Positions 9,001 through 15,911 of a DNA stretch of 19,061 bases are shown piece by piece. The translations under genes and the position numbers were made by a program. This stretch comes from Thermovirgaceae bacterium (GTDB lineage: Bacteria; Synergistota; Synergistia; Synergistales; Thermovirgaceae). Under the pieces are notes generated by a model. It worked only from the letters and a program-made list of their open reading frames with translations. It made no database searches and was not told the origin of the DNA. The stretch lies in assembly GCA_040767805.1 (NCBI GenBank), contig JAXGNU010000016.1, positions 1 to 19,061 of the forward strand, given 5' to 3'. Numbering within the stretch: position 1 is the stretch's first letter; the number at the start of each line of letters is the position of its first letter.

Positions 9001-9914
9001 TGTATGAATTCCTGGCCGCCTCCGGCGGGGTGGGGCCCGATAGCAGGCTGAACCTGGCCTGTAACGGCAAGATAAACGTGAAGGTCATCAACGCCCTTCT
9101 CGGAGGCGCCACCGGCGGCTTGGGAGGCCTGGCTTCCACTCAGAACCTCGCCGGGATCCTTGCGGGAGTGCTGGAAGGTGCCGGATCGAGCCTTCGGGAT
9201 GACGATTTCAGGGACGTGAGCTTCAACCTGGGAGGAACTTTTGATAAACCCTCCGTCTCCAACATCAAGGTGGGCCCGGGGGAAAAGAAAGAGGCTGCCC
9301 CAGGTGAACCCGCCGGGCCGGAAGAAACCCCGCTACCGCAAAAGATCCTTGAACAGGTGATCCCCGGGGCGAAACCCCAGGAACAGTCACCTCCGGGTGC
9401 GTCGCCGTCAGAGGAGCCGCCGAGCCTGAAGGACAAAATACTCCAACAGGTCATTCCCGGCACCAAGACCGAACCCAAGGTACCCGAGAAGCCGCCCGCC
9501 GCCGTGACAACGCCGGCCGCGCCGGCCCTAAAACCGGTGAAAGAGATACCCGGGCCGGTGACGCCTCCGCCCGTGGTTGTAGAACAGGACCGGCAGGCGC
9601 CTCCCGCGGAAGAGCCGAAAGATGAAGTGAAGACCGGACAAGAGCCTGTAGGTGAGCCCGCCCAGGAGAGGGAAGAAGCTCCCCCGGCGCCAAAGGGACC
9701 AGAGGACGTAAAGGAAGCCCCAGCCGAACCCGGTCAGGGACCCCTTCCTGAACCGGCGAAACTCCCCAAGGTCAAGACCTTCGGGAAGCCCCCCGCCCAA
9801 GGGGTGACATCACCTGACCAACCGTCGGTGAAACCCCCTGAACCCCCCGGGGATACCAAGGCCGAGGATGAGCCGGCCCCGGAGACCGGTGAGGAGGCCC
9901 AGCCCGAAGAATAG
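6069..9914 (+). CDS. AsmA/TamB-like envelope protein with an N-terminal membrane anchor and a Pro/Glu-rich C-terminal tail
   Basis: 1281 aa. Single N-terminal hydrophobic helix, then about 1000 aa of repetitive amphipathic beta-strand pattern (e.g. L.G.L..P, LGGTFDKPSV), then a low-complexity tail. SD AAGGAGGT. Confidence 0.8.
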   Translation: MNKKRITLVLLVCAVLALAIAGFTMDLATDLVREKIIQAVDQGLDSRITLGEVKGNPFRGYRIEGVTLSADGVDLFTARRINAKVSLFSLLGGGPPVSLLEVVGFDSDVERVNRLIPRIRPGEGGGELPFKRVRLTDGRFGTPWAESTLKTVTVSLGKGRLDTDLDLLVGDLPVKGGIDVLLTDGASALKKMDLKIGDGRLTASGKVMPELSVDGEARSLDIARLVSFWPGANPELFKGLLSLGFSARKTWQDPEISGNLDYSGSLLSGIPVEKASARWKFLNDRLDIADLDAFALGFPLKGDLAFVFDPKAPPRMRVNLKGSAADLEALSQVSKKLEGMSGALDHFSVFLEGRVSNPEGQVSFEARKLGYKNYSTSDTSITAKIKGGNIAISGKSKFEGAPITVGGTVSDFMRSPVASLQGTLRSFSLGSVKKIVPAMGDTDLKGNVNADYRLSGPVQSLALSGKTWSDSIAVGPNTLERPSTFFDYHLQEDLLSFSDMKARWKGADISGKGEVSHPSSDKRTGDLLFLASNLDPAFFASFYPPISEYRLKGELSLEAGVKGQLSRPTVHVSLRSRALSLMDNYSIKNLKAETDITDLKAGLPSDLRLDVSADSATVAGASVQALKVELEKKAKVITIRQANAALGAGILTAGGNVTLEDPMEKSALNLTVKGQNIDLEKVTLEGGTKLPLAGVLTGEAVATGSVKDPRISVTATAPFIAAAGLKADGVKTKISGNTTVMKIEDLSGKVGSGSLSVTGDVRFTPFVSELAVSGKDLELNPLLSRFEKLQPLNITGKADLEFHGRFGDGGNSGSGKATSAAVRVMGMEITGIVLPLDLSGVRLTSPDGTGRLYGGKILNDFALNLSGMTFHNEIEVKDTDVEGLLKDAFKLQGHITGKAELFAKVNGTLGEELKYTGKGLLKTGQGMISGFKLVDLVAAVHRSRGLQFASVYAPFDLQTGKLILAKDTLVKAPQGDPMYEFLAASGGVGPDSRLNLACNGKINVKVINALLGGATGGLGGLASTQNLAGILAGVLEGAGSSLRDDDFRDVSFNLGGTFDKPSVSNIKVGPGEKKEAAPGEPAGPEETPLPQKILEQVIPGAKPQEQSPPGASPSEEPPSLKDKILQQVIPGTKTEPKVPEKPPAAVTTPAAPALKPVKEIPGPVTPPPVVVEQDRQAPPAEEPKDEVKTGQEPVGEPAQEREEAPPAPKGPEDVKEAPAEPGQGPLPEPAKLPKVKTFGKPPAQGVTSPDQPSVKPPEPPGDTKAEDEPAPETGEEAQPEE

Positions 9915-9942
9915 AGGGTGTCTGTCAGACAGCGACCGTATC

Positions 9943-9976
9943 AAAAGGGGGAGACCCTGAGGGTCTCCCCCTTTTT
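9943..9976. terminator. Bidirectional intrinsic terminator between the convergent AsmA-like and radical SAM genes
   Basis: AAAAGGGGGAGACCC-TGA-GGGTCTCCCCCTTTT(T): perfect 15-bp inverted repeat with an A-tract on the left and a T-tract on the right. Confidence 0.92.
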
Positions 9977-10000
9977 CCCTTTCCCACGCTCTTTCCCATT

Positions 10001-10939
10001 TTAAAACCCGGAAAACGCGGTCCTTATGCCGAAGCCCTTCGCCCACTTAAGGACTTCCCTAAACTCCTCCACCGTGATCCTCCGGGCGATCACCGGGTGC
10101 TTGAAGGCCTCGTGCTCGGGCCTGTACTGGTCCATTATGTTCACGTAACTGCCAGGGGAGACCTCCTCGGCGATGAAGCGAAGGACCTCCCTTGAACCGG
10201 CCACCCCGCCGGGGAGCACCAGGTGTCGGATAATGAGGCCCCGCTTGGCAATGCCATGCCCGTCCACCTCAAGGTCCCCCACCTGGCGATGCATCTCCAG
10301 CAAGGCGGCCCTGGCGAATTCGGGGTAATCATCAGCGCTGTTGGAGTAACGGGCCGCCTCCTTTGGCTCCCAGTACTTGAAGTCGGGCATGTAGATATCG
10401 ATGATCCCCTCCAGGCACCCCAGGATCTCCGGCTTTTCGTAACCCGAGGTATTATAGACGAAGGGCAGCCTGAAACCCATCGGAACGGCCAGGTCCAGTG
10501 CCGCCAGGATGCCCGGCAGGTAGTGGGTCGGGGTGACAAGATTGACATTGTGGCAGCCCGCCCCCTGGAGGTGCATCATCATCTTCGCCAGTTCCCGGCT
10601 GGTAGCGTACTCGCCGTCGCCCCTGAAGCTGATGTGGTGATTCTGGCAGTAGACACACCTCAAGCCGCAGTGGGAGAAAAAGATCGTGCCCGAGCCGTTC
10701 CACCCGACGAGGGGCGGCTCTTCGCCGAAGTGCGCGAAGGAGCCGGAGACCTTGACCTCGTCCGAAGCGCGGCAAAAGCCCAGCTCTCCCCGTGCCCTGT
10801 CCACGCGGCAGTCCCTGGGACAAAGTCTGCAGTCGCGGTACATCCCGGCGAGCCGCAGTGCCCTCCGGGCCAACTCACCCCGGGCGTGAAGCTCAAGGTA
10901 GGAGGGAGGAGTCGTTAAGGTCGCGCAGGGCAAGGACAA
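10001..10939 (-). CDS. Radical SAM protein, PflX (pyruvate formate-lyase activase-like) family
   Basis: N-terminal CRLCPRDC; HFGEEPPLVG..GSGTIFFS; radical SAM motif CGLRCVYCQN; HNVNLVTPTH; YNTSGYE; DIYMPDFKY; IIRHLVLPG; MDQYRP. TTG start with AAGGCGGTGA upstream; exact start is uncertain. Confidence 0.9.
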   Translation of the reverse strand: MSLPCATLTTPPSYLELHARGELARRALRLAGMYRDCRLCPRDCRVDRARGELGFCRASDEVKVSGSFAHFGEEPPLVGWNGSGTIFFSHCGLRCVYCQNHHISFRGDGEYATSRELAKMMMHLQGAGCHNVNLVTPTHYLPGILAALDLAVPMGFRLPFVYNTSGYEKPEILGCLEGIIDIYMPDFKYWEPKEAARYSNSADDYPEFARAALLEMHRQVGDLEVDGHGIAKRGLIIRHLVLPGGVAGSREVLRFIAEEVSPGSYVNIMDQYRPEHEAFKHPVIARRITVEEFREVLKWAKGFGIRTAFSGF

Positions 10940-10966
10940 TTCACCGCCTTCCGCTTGGGCCGGCGT

Positions 10967-11494
10967 TCAGCCCATATACTGGGGGGTCCTCAGCACCGGG
11001 TCCTTCCCCAGGAGCATGATGCCGTAATGCTCGAACACCTCGCCGGTCCTCGCGTCCCGGTCATGCCAGCGGGCGAGGAACTCCCTTTCCCTCAGCCACG
11101 TCCTCCTGAAGGAGGCGGGGTCCTCGAAGAGCAGCACCCCCTTGGCGTGCCCGATGACGATGGCGTAGTGACCGTCGTCGTAATCGCTTTCCCACTCCCG
11201 GATAGTCTTCGGGCGTTCGGCCCAGGCCTGCAGAAGCACTATCACCGGTATACCTTCGTCGATCTTCCCTTTCAGTTCCCCCAGGGTCCAGCCCGAACGG
11301 CCCTGGACCTCGAAGCCGTAGCTTCGGGCCGTGCGAAGGATGTCCCTGACATTGGTGCCGTCCTCGTCGGTGCCGAGGGCCTCCATAAGCACGTCCAGCC
11401 GGACCTCGACCCCATAGTAGGCCATAACGGTTTGCAGGGCCGTGGCGCCGCAATCGAAATCGAAGGCTTGTCTCCCGTAGTGAAGGTCTATCAA
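10967..11494 (-). CDS. Stand-alone C39-family cysteine peptidase
   Basis: Q-x5-CG motif (RQAFDFDCGATAL; Gln9, Cys15), GT motif, GHYAIVIG (His) and FEDP (Asp). No ABC or transmembrane domain. TTG start with SD AAGGAGG. Confidence 0.85.
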   Translation of the reverse strand: MIDLHYGRQAFDFDCGATALQTVMAYYGVEVRLDVLMEALGTDEDGTNVRDILRTARSYGFEVQGRSGWTLGELKGKIDEGIPVIVLLQAWAERPKTIREWESDYDDGHYAIVIGHAKGVLLFEDPASFRRTWLREREFLARWHDRDARTGEVFEHYGIMLLGKDPVLRTPQYMG

Positions 11495-11521
11495 GGGATA
11501 AACCCTCCTTCCCGAGATAAC

Positions 11522-11536
11522 CTATGATCATTATAA
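11522..11536 (-). promoter_or_regulatory. -10 element (TATAAT, 11535-11530) embedded in a PerR/Fur-like 7-1-7 box
   Basis: Minus strand reads TTATAAT-G-ATCATAG, matching 12 of 14 positions of TTATAATnATTATAA. It lies 27 nt upstream of the C39 start. No good -35 seen. Confidence 0.5.
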
Positions 11537-11691
11537 GGCCAGGCGGTGAAAGGAGTAGGGAACCCTCATGGGATTTTGGCCCTTGAGGGGTTCGTCGGAA
11601 ACGGGAGCGGAGGGGGGATAATGGGCGGGAACTTACCCGAAGGAGTGATCCTCGGGATCGTTCAACAATACGACGGTCGGGGGGAGATCCA

Positions 11692-12417
11692 ATGGATACG
11701 AAAAAGATGGCACGCAAGATCAGGGAAGACCTGCTGTCCCTGGGTGACGAGGCCCTCCGGTCGTCCACGGCGAGGTTTTTCAGGGAAGAGATCAAATGCC
11801 ACGGGATAAGATCGGCCCCTGTCAGGAAATACGGGACGATGATAGCCAAGGAAACATCGGGGCAAAGCAAGGAGAAGGTCTTCGAGCTCTGCGAACTCCT
11901 TTGGAGGGGCGGCTATCTTGAGGAGACCTTCATAGCCTGTCGCCTGACCGAATCCAGGGCCAAGGAATTCGAAAAAGCCGATATCGGGCTATTCCAGCAC
12001 TGGGTTGGATCCTGGGTTACGAACTGGGCATCCTGCGACACCTTCTGTAACCACAGCGTGGCCATGCTTCTGGATAAGTACCCCGAAAATATCGGCGTCC
12101 TCAAAAAAGAATGGGCGACCTCGCCGAACCGATGGCTCAGGCGCGGGGCGGCCGTCTCCCTGGTCATCCCCGCCCGTCGTGGGGACTACCTCGAAGAGGT
12201 GATGGAGATCGCGAGTATACTGCTCCTCGACGACGATGACCTGGTCCAGAAGGGATACGGGTGGATGCTGAAGGCCGCCGGCGAATCCCACCGACAGGAG
12301 ATCTTCGAATTCATAATGGGCAGGAAGGACATCATGCCCAGGACCGCCTTGAGATACGGCATCGAGAAGATGCCGCCGGAGATGCGAAAAAAGGTCATGG
12401 ACAGGAGTAAAGGGTAG
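11692..12417 (+). CDS. DNA alkylation repair protein, AlkD-like HEAT-repeat glycosylase family
   Basis: Motifs GIRSAPVR, LW..GYLEE, VTNWASCD, W..SPNRWLRR, DDDDLVQKGYGWMLK, MPRTALRYGIEK. SD GGGGGAG. Confidence 0.9.
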   Translation: MDTKKMARKIREDLLSLGDEALRSSTARFFREEIKCHGIRSAPVRKYGTMIAKETSGQSKEKVFELCELLWRGGYLEETFIACRLTESRAKEFEKADIGLFQHWVGSWVTNWASCDTFCNHSVAMLLDKYPENIGVLKKEWATSPNRWLRRGAAVSLVIPARRGDYLEEVMEIASILLLDDDDLVQKGYGWMLKAAGESHRQEIFEFIMGRKDIMPRTALRYGIEKMPPEMRKKVMDRSKG

Positions 12418-12433
12418 AACTTCCTCGATACGG

Positions 12434-12468
12434 GGGGGGGCGTTACCCCGCCCCCCCGCTTCGTCTTC
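12434..12468. terminator. GC hairpin between the convergent AlkD-like and OCD-family genes; probable terminator
   Basis: GGGGGGGCG-TTACCC-CGCCCCCCC forms a 9-bp stem (12434-12457), followed by a weak pyrimidine tail GCTTCGTCTT. Confidence 0.55.
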
Positions 12469-12473
12469 GAGGC

Positions 12474-13457
12474 CTAGATATCCACCACTTTGCCCAGGCC
12501 CCGGGCAAGGGCTTTTTCATGGATCAGGTCCGCCGTCAGGACGTCGTGACTGGCGATCCCCATCAGGACTGCGCCACGGCGCCCCTTCGTCGGCGCCTTC
12601 CGCAGGCCGGCGCACAGGTGACCCATGTCGCCCAAAATCTGTTCTTCCGTGGGATAGCCCTTTTGAAAGTAATGGCCCTGTTCCTGGGTCCAGAGGTACT
12701 GGTTCAGGTCATCGCACACGAAGGCGGAAGCTCCTGACATCACGTCGGCTTCAAAGGCGGAATCATAGTCTACCGCGACGGCCAACATATCTTTCTTCAG
12801 CCACTCGGACCGGACGAACCTCTCGGGGTCATTGACTATAGGGGTACAGGTGACCACCACGTCGGCCTCTCTCACCGTTTCCTCGACGGTGGCGCAGGGG
12901 AGGATCTCGATACCCTTGAGGTCTTCCTTGACCAGTTCTATGAATCGTGGGACCTGCTCGGCGTGGTTGTCGTATACCTTTACCTTTTCCACCTTGGGCA
13001 GGGCCGCCGCCAAGGCCGCCGCATTCGTCCTACCCTGGACCCCGAGCCCTATTACGGCCAGGACCCGTGAATCGGGGTCGGCCATGTGCCTCGCGCAAAC
13101 GCCCGTCGCGGCCCCGGTCCTCCAGGCGGTGATCCAGTTGGCATCCATGATAACCTTGACAAAGCCGGTCTCCGGGTCGTTGAGGCACATGACCCCGGTG
13201 ATGTAGGGCAAACCCTTCGCCTGGTTGAGGGGATACCCCGAGACCCACTTAATGCCCGCCACGTCGGCGCCTCCACCCACGTAGCAGGGCATGGCGTGGA
13301 TGAAGCAGTCCTTCCTCGGGTGGATGCCGATCTTGGCGGGCATCTCCAGGGCGTCCTTCCCCTTCAGAGTGAAGCCCTTTTCGACCACGTCCATGACCTC
13401 TGTCACCGGGATCTGCAGCGACTCGATCTCTTTCCTGGATAACAGCCTTACTTCCAT
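12474..13457 (-). CDS. Ornithine cyclodeaminase/mu-crystallin family NAD-dependent enzyme (imine reductase or alanine dehydrogenase type)
   Basis: Motifs HAMP, GIKWVSGYP.N, ITAWRTGAA, Rossmann VIGLGVQG, ADVVVTCT, MGIASHD. Start moved from GTG 13466 to ATG 13457 because SD AAGGAG lies 8 nt upstream of it. Confidence 0.9.
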   Translation of the reverse strand: MEVRLLSRKEIESLQIPVTEVMDVVEKGFTLKGKDALEMPAKIGIHPRKDCFIHAMPCYVGGGADVAGIKWVSGYPLNQAKGLPYITGVMCLNDPETGFVKVIMDANWITAWRTGAATGVCARHMADPDSRVLAVIGLGVQGRTNAAALAAALPKVEKVKVYDNHAEQVPRFIELVKEDLKGIEILPCATVEETVREADVVVTCTPIVNDPERFVRSEWLKKDMLAVAVDYDSAFEADVMSGASAFVCDDLNQYLWTQEQGHYFQKGYPTEEQILGDMGHLCAGLRKAPTKGRRGAVLMGIASHDVLTADLIHEKALARGLGKVVDI

Positions 13458-13482
13458 GGGAACCACTCCTTCTGCGGTTGAT

Positions 13483-14370
13483 TTAGACGAGATCGACGAT
13501 GTCGATATCTTCCATCAGGAAAAGGTTCTGGCTTCGAGAATACTTTTCGAACTCCCACAGGGTCTCCCGCATCTTTTCCGGGTACCTGAAGTAAAAGGCC
13601 GTCAGCAGACAGTGGTTGAGCGCGAAAGCCCCCGCGCAGGGGTCGATGAAAGAAATGAACTTCATGGGCGCTTCAAGCAGTATGTCTGAAAAGGCGGCAA
13701 GAGGGGAGAGAGCCGAATCGGTCACACCGATGATCGGGACATCCTTGTCCTTGAGGTAACGGGCAAGTTTCTGGGTCGCCGTGGGGTAACGGGGGAAGCT
13801 GTAGATGATCGCCCCGTCCTCGGGTCCCGCCTTCTGAAGCTGAGCGAAAAGGTTTTCCCCGGCCCGGGTCAGGAGGTGGACCCCTTCCCTGAGGATACCC
13901 AGGAAATAGGCCATGTACTCGGCGTGGCAGGTATTCGCCAGGAAGCCCGCGATGAAGATCTTGCGCTTCCCGGAAAGAAGATCCACCGCCTTTTGCACGC
14001 TCTCATCGCGCAAATGACTTTTCATCTCGTCCAGGACGTGGAACTCGAGGGAGAGGACCCTCTGAAAAAGGGGTTCCTCCTCCCGCCCGGGTTCCTCCCT
14101 GTAACGGTCTATGGACCGGATGCGGGACCGGACCGTGTCCCGGAGGGCTTCCCGGAAGTCGGGGAAACCCTTGAAACCCAATTTCACGGCGAGCCTGACG
14201 ACGGTAGGGGTACTGACCTTCGCCGCTTCCGACAGCTGGACGGAGTTCAGGAAGGCGGCCTTTTCCGGATCCTGGTAAATAAAACGGGCCAGGACCATCT
14301 GCTGTCCGGTCAAGTTACCTGAGACGGCGGCGATCCTGTCCAGCAAGGAAGGTTGATCATTTTTTTTCAT
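13483..14370 (-). CDS. RpiR/MurR family transcriptional regulator (HTH plus SIS domain)
   Basis: HTH segment LSEAAKVSTPTVVRLAVKLGFKGFPDF; SIS motifs SFPRY and IIGVTDSALSPLA. Likely start is ATG 14370 (GAGG 6 nt upstream), because the TTG at 14400 abuts the -10 element. Confidence 0.92.
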   Translation of the reverse strand: MKKNDQPSLLDRIAAVSGNLTGQQMVLARFIYQDPEKAAFLNSVQLSEAAKVSTPTVVRLAVKLGFKGFPDFREALRDTVRSRIRSIDRYREEPGREEEPLFQRVLSLEFHVLDEMKSHLRDESVQKAVDLLSGKRKIFIAGFLANTCHAEYMAYFLGILREGVHLLTRAGENLFAQLQKAGPEDGAIIYSFPRYPTATQKLARYLKDKDVPIIGVTDSALSPLAAFSDILLEAPMKFISFIDPCAGAFALNHCLLTAFYFRYPEKMRETLWEFEKYSRSQNLFLMEDIDIVDLV

Positions 14371-14401
14371 AGAGCGCCTCAACTGAAACTTTTTCTTCAA
14401 T

Positions 14402-14430
14402 ATTATTCACTACGATCGCGCCACTGTCAA
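14402..14430 (-). promoter_or_regulatory. sigma70-type promoter for the rpiR-ocd operon
   Basis: Minus strand: TTGACA (14430-14425), 17-nt spacer, AATAAT (14407-14402). Confidence 0.8.
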
Positions 14431-14559
14431 TATACCAACAGGGCCTTATATCGGGCACGAACTGAGGCCTCCTATCCCAGTGAACCGCTTTTTTCGCGTG
14501 AAACAGGATATCAGACTGTGTTGAAGTAAGATGTACCGGGACACACCCATGGAAGGGGG

Positions 14560-14877
14560 ATGGCCGGATTGGACGCCATCATCGGTTACCTCAACTTCGA
14601 TCTGCTCATCGGGCCGGCAGTGATAAAAGTTCTTTACTTTGCCGGTGCCTTCGTCATGCCCTTCGCGGCCTGGTTCCTTTCGGGAAGGATTAGCTCTAGC
14701 TTCCCCCAGGCTACGCGGTCCTTTTCGGAATTGGCGGGGAAGACGGGGAAGGGCCCGAGGGCCTGGCTTTTGTTTGCCCTGGCCGTCGCCCTCCTGGAGA
14801 TGACCTGGAGGGTGGTCTGCGAGTATTTTATCGTCTGTTTCCAGATAAGCCAGACCCTGGAGTACCTCGCGAACTGA
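14560..14877 (+). CDS. DUF4282-like small membrane protein
   Basis: LNFDLLIGPAVIKVLY and WRVVCEYFIVCFQI match the family pattern F...I.P..I..LY ... R...E..IV.F.I; two hydrophobic segments. True start may be TTG 14569, which has better SD spacing. Confidence 0.75.
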   Translation: MAGLDAIIGYLNFDLLIGPAVIKVLYFAGAFVMPFAAWFLSGRISSSFPQATRSFSELAGKTGKGPRAWLLFALAVALLEMTWRVVCEYFIVCFQISQTLEYLAN

Positions 14878-14972
14878 CCCTGCGGCTCCATGCAGGGGTT
14901 GGTCACCGGCGCCGGCAACGGATCCTGTTGCCTATCAGAAGGTCTCCGGGCAATCCAAGGTAACGGGGGAAT

Positions 14973-14999
14973 AAAAAACCGGGGGGCTCGCCCCCCGGT
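14973..14999 (-). terminator. Intrinsic terminator downstream of panB
   Basis: Minus strand ACCGGGGGG-CGAG-CCCCCCGGT then TTTTT: 9-bp stem with a U-tract, 25 nt after the panB stop. Confidence 0.88.
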
Positions 15000-15024
15000 C
15001 ATAATGCCCAGTCCTTCCGATATG

Positions 15025-15879
15025 CTATTCGAACTCCTTAAGCATCTTCGCGAAGTCCTCTTCCCTGCCCTTGAGGATGTGGTAAACATGCTCGTCGGCG
15101 GGGAAGACCCCCTGCTTGACATCGGCAATGTATTCCTTGAAAGCGGCGATCTCGATCTCGGCGACGTTGGCGTACTTCTTGACGAACTTCGGCGTAAAGG
15201 CCTGGAAGAGCCCCAACATGTCACCGCAAATGATGAGCTGACCGTCGCAGGGGGCGCCGGCGCCGATGGAATAAACGGGGATATCCAGCTTCTTCCAGAT
15301 GTACTCGGTGAGCTCCGGCGGGACCGCTTCGAGGAGCAAGGCGTAGGCTCCGGCTTCCTGGACGGCCAGCGCGTCCTTTATGAGTTCCCGGGCGCTGTCC
15401 GGGTCCCGGCCCTGGGCCTTGAAACCTCCCAATTGACCCGAGCTCTGGGGGGTGAGCCCGATGTGCCCCATGACCTGTATCCCCGCATCGGTGATCGCCC
15501 TGATGCGCCCCGTCACACGGCGGCCTCCCTCAAGCTTCACGGCGTCCATGTCCGCCTCCTTGAGGAATCGGCCGGCGTTGATTACCGCATCCTCATTGCT
15601 CACCTGGTAACTGAGGAAGGGCATGTCGCCGATACAGAAGGTATTGGGCGCTCCCCTCCGGACCGCCTGGCTGTGACGGATGCAGTCTTCCATCGTGACC
15701 GGGACGGTGCCTTCGTAACCGAGCACCACCATCCCCAGCGAGTCCCCTACGAGGATCATGTCCATCCCGGCCGCCTCGGCAAAGGACGCCGTCGGGAAGT
15801 CGTAGGCCGTGATCCATGCTGCGAGATCCCCGGCCTGCTTCATTTGAAGAAACTCGAGTCTCCCTTTTTTCTTGGCCAT
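15025..15879 (-). CDS. panB: 3-methyl-2-oxobutanoate hydroxymethyltransferase (ketopantoate hydroxymethyltransferase)
   Basis: Motifs TAYD, ILVGDSLGM, GDMPF.SY, AVKLEGG, GHIGLTPQ, GGFKAQG, IGAG..CDGQ, PKFVKKY. SD GAGGAGG. Confidence 0.97.
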   Translation of the reverse strand: MAKKKGRLEFLQMKQAGDLAAWITAYDFPTASFAEAAGMDMILVGDSLGMVVLGYEGTVPVTMEDCIRHSQAVRRGAPNTFCIGDMPFLSYQVSNEDAVINAGRFLKEADMDAVKLEGGRRVTGRIRAITDAGIQVMGHIGLTPQSSGQLGGFKAQGRDPDSARELIKDALAVQEAGAYALLLEAVPPELTEYIWKKLDIPVYSIGAGAPCDGQLIICGDMLGLFQAFTPKFVKKYANVAEIEIAAFKEYIADVKQGVFPADEHVYHILKGREEDFAKMLKEFE

Positions 15880-15911
15880 CGGTAAAAGTCCTCCTCAAAA
15901 AAGTATTTTGG

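Noticed and set aside
9273..9914. AsmA Pro-rich tail as a tandem DNA repeat or frameshift artefact
   Set aside because: No nucleotide-level periodicity is visible, and the frame stays open to a stop followed closely by the terminator.
11532..11570. 12-aa minus-strand ORF MRVPYSFHRLAL as a precursor for the C39/radical SAM pair
   Set aside because: No SD, no double-glycine leader, and it lies upstream of and overlaps the putative -10, so it would not be on the transcript.
14890..15885. 331-aa plus-strand ORF spanning panB
   Set aside because: Antisense shadow of a clearly conserved gene, with no motifs of its own; long stop-free antisense frames are common in GC-rich DNA.
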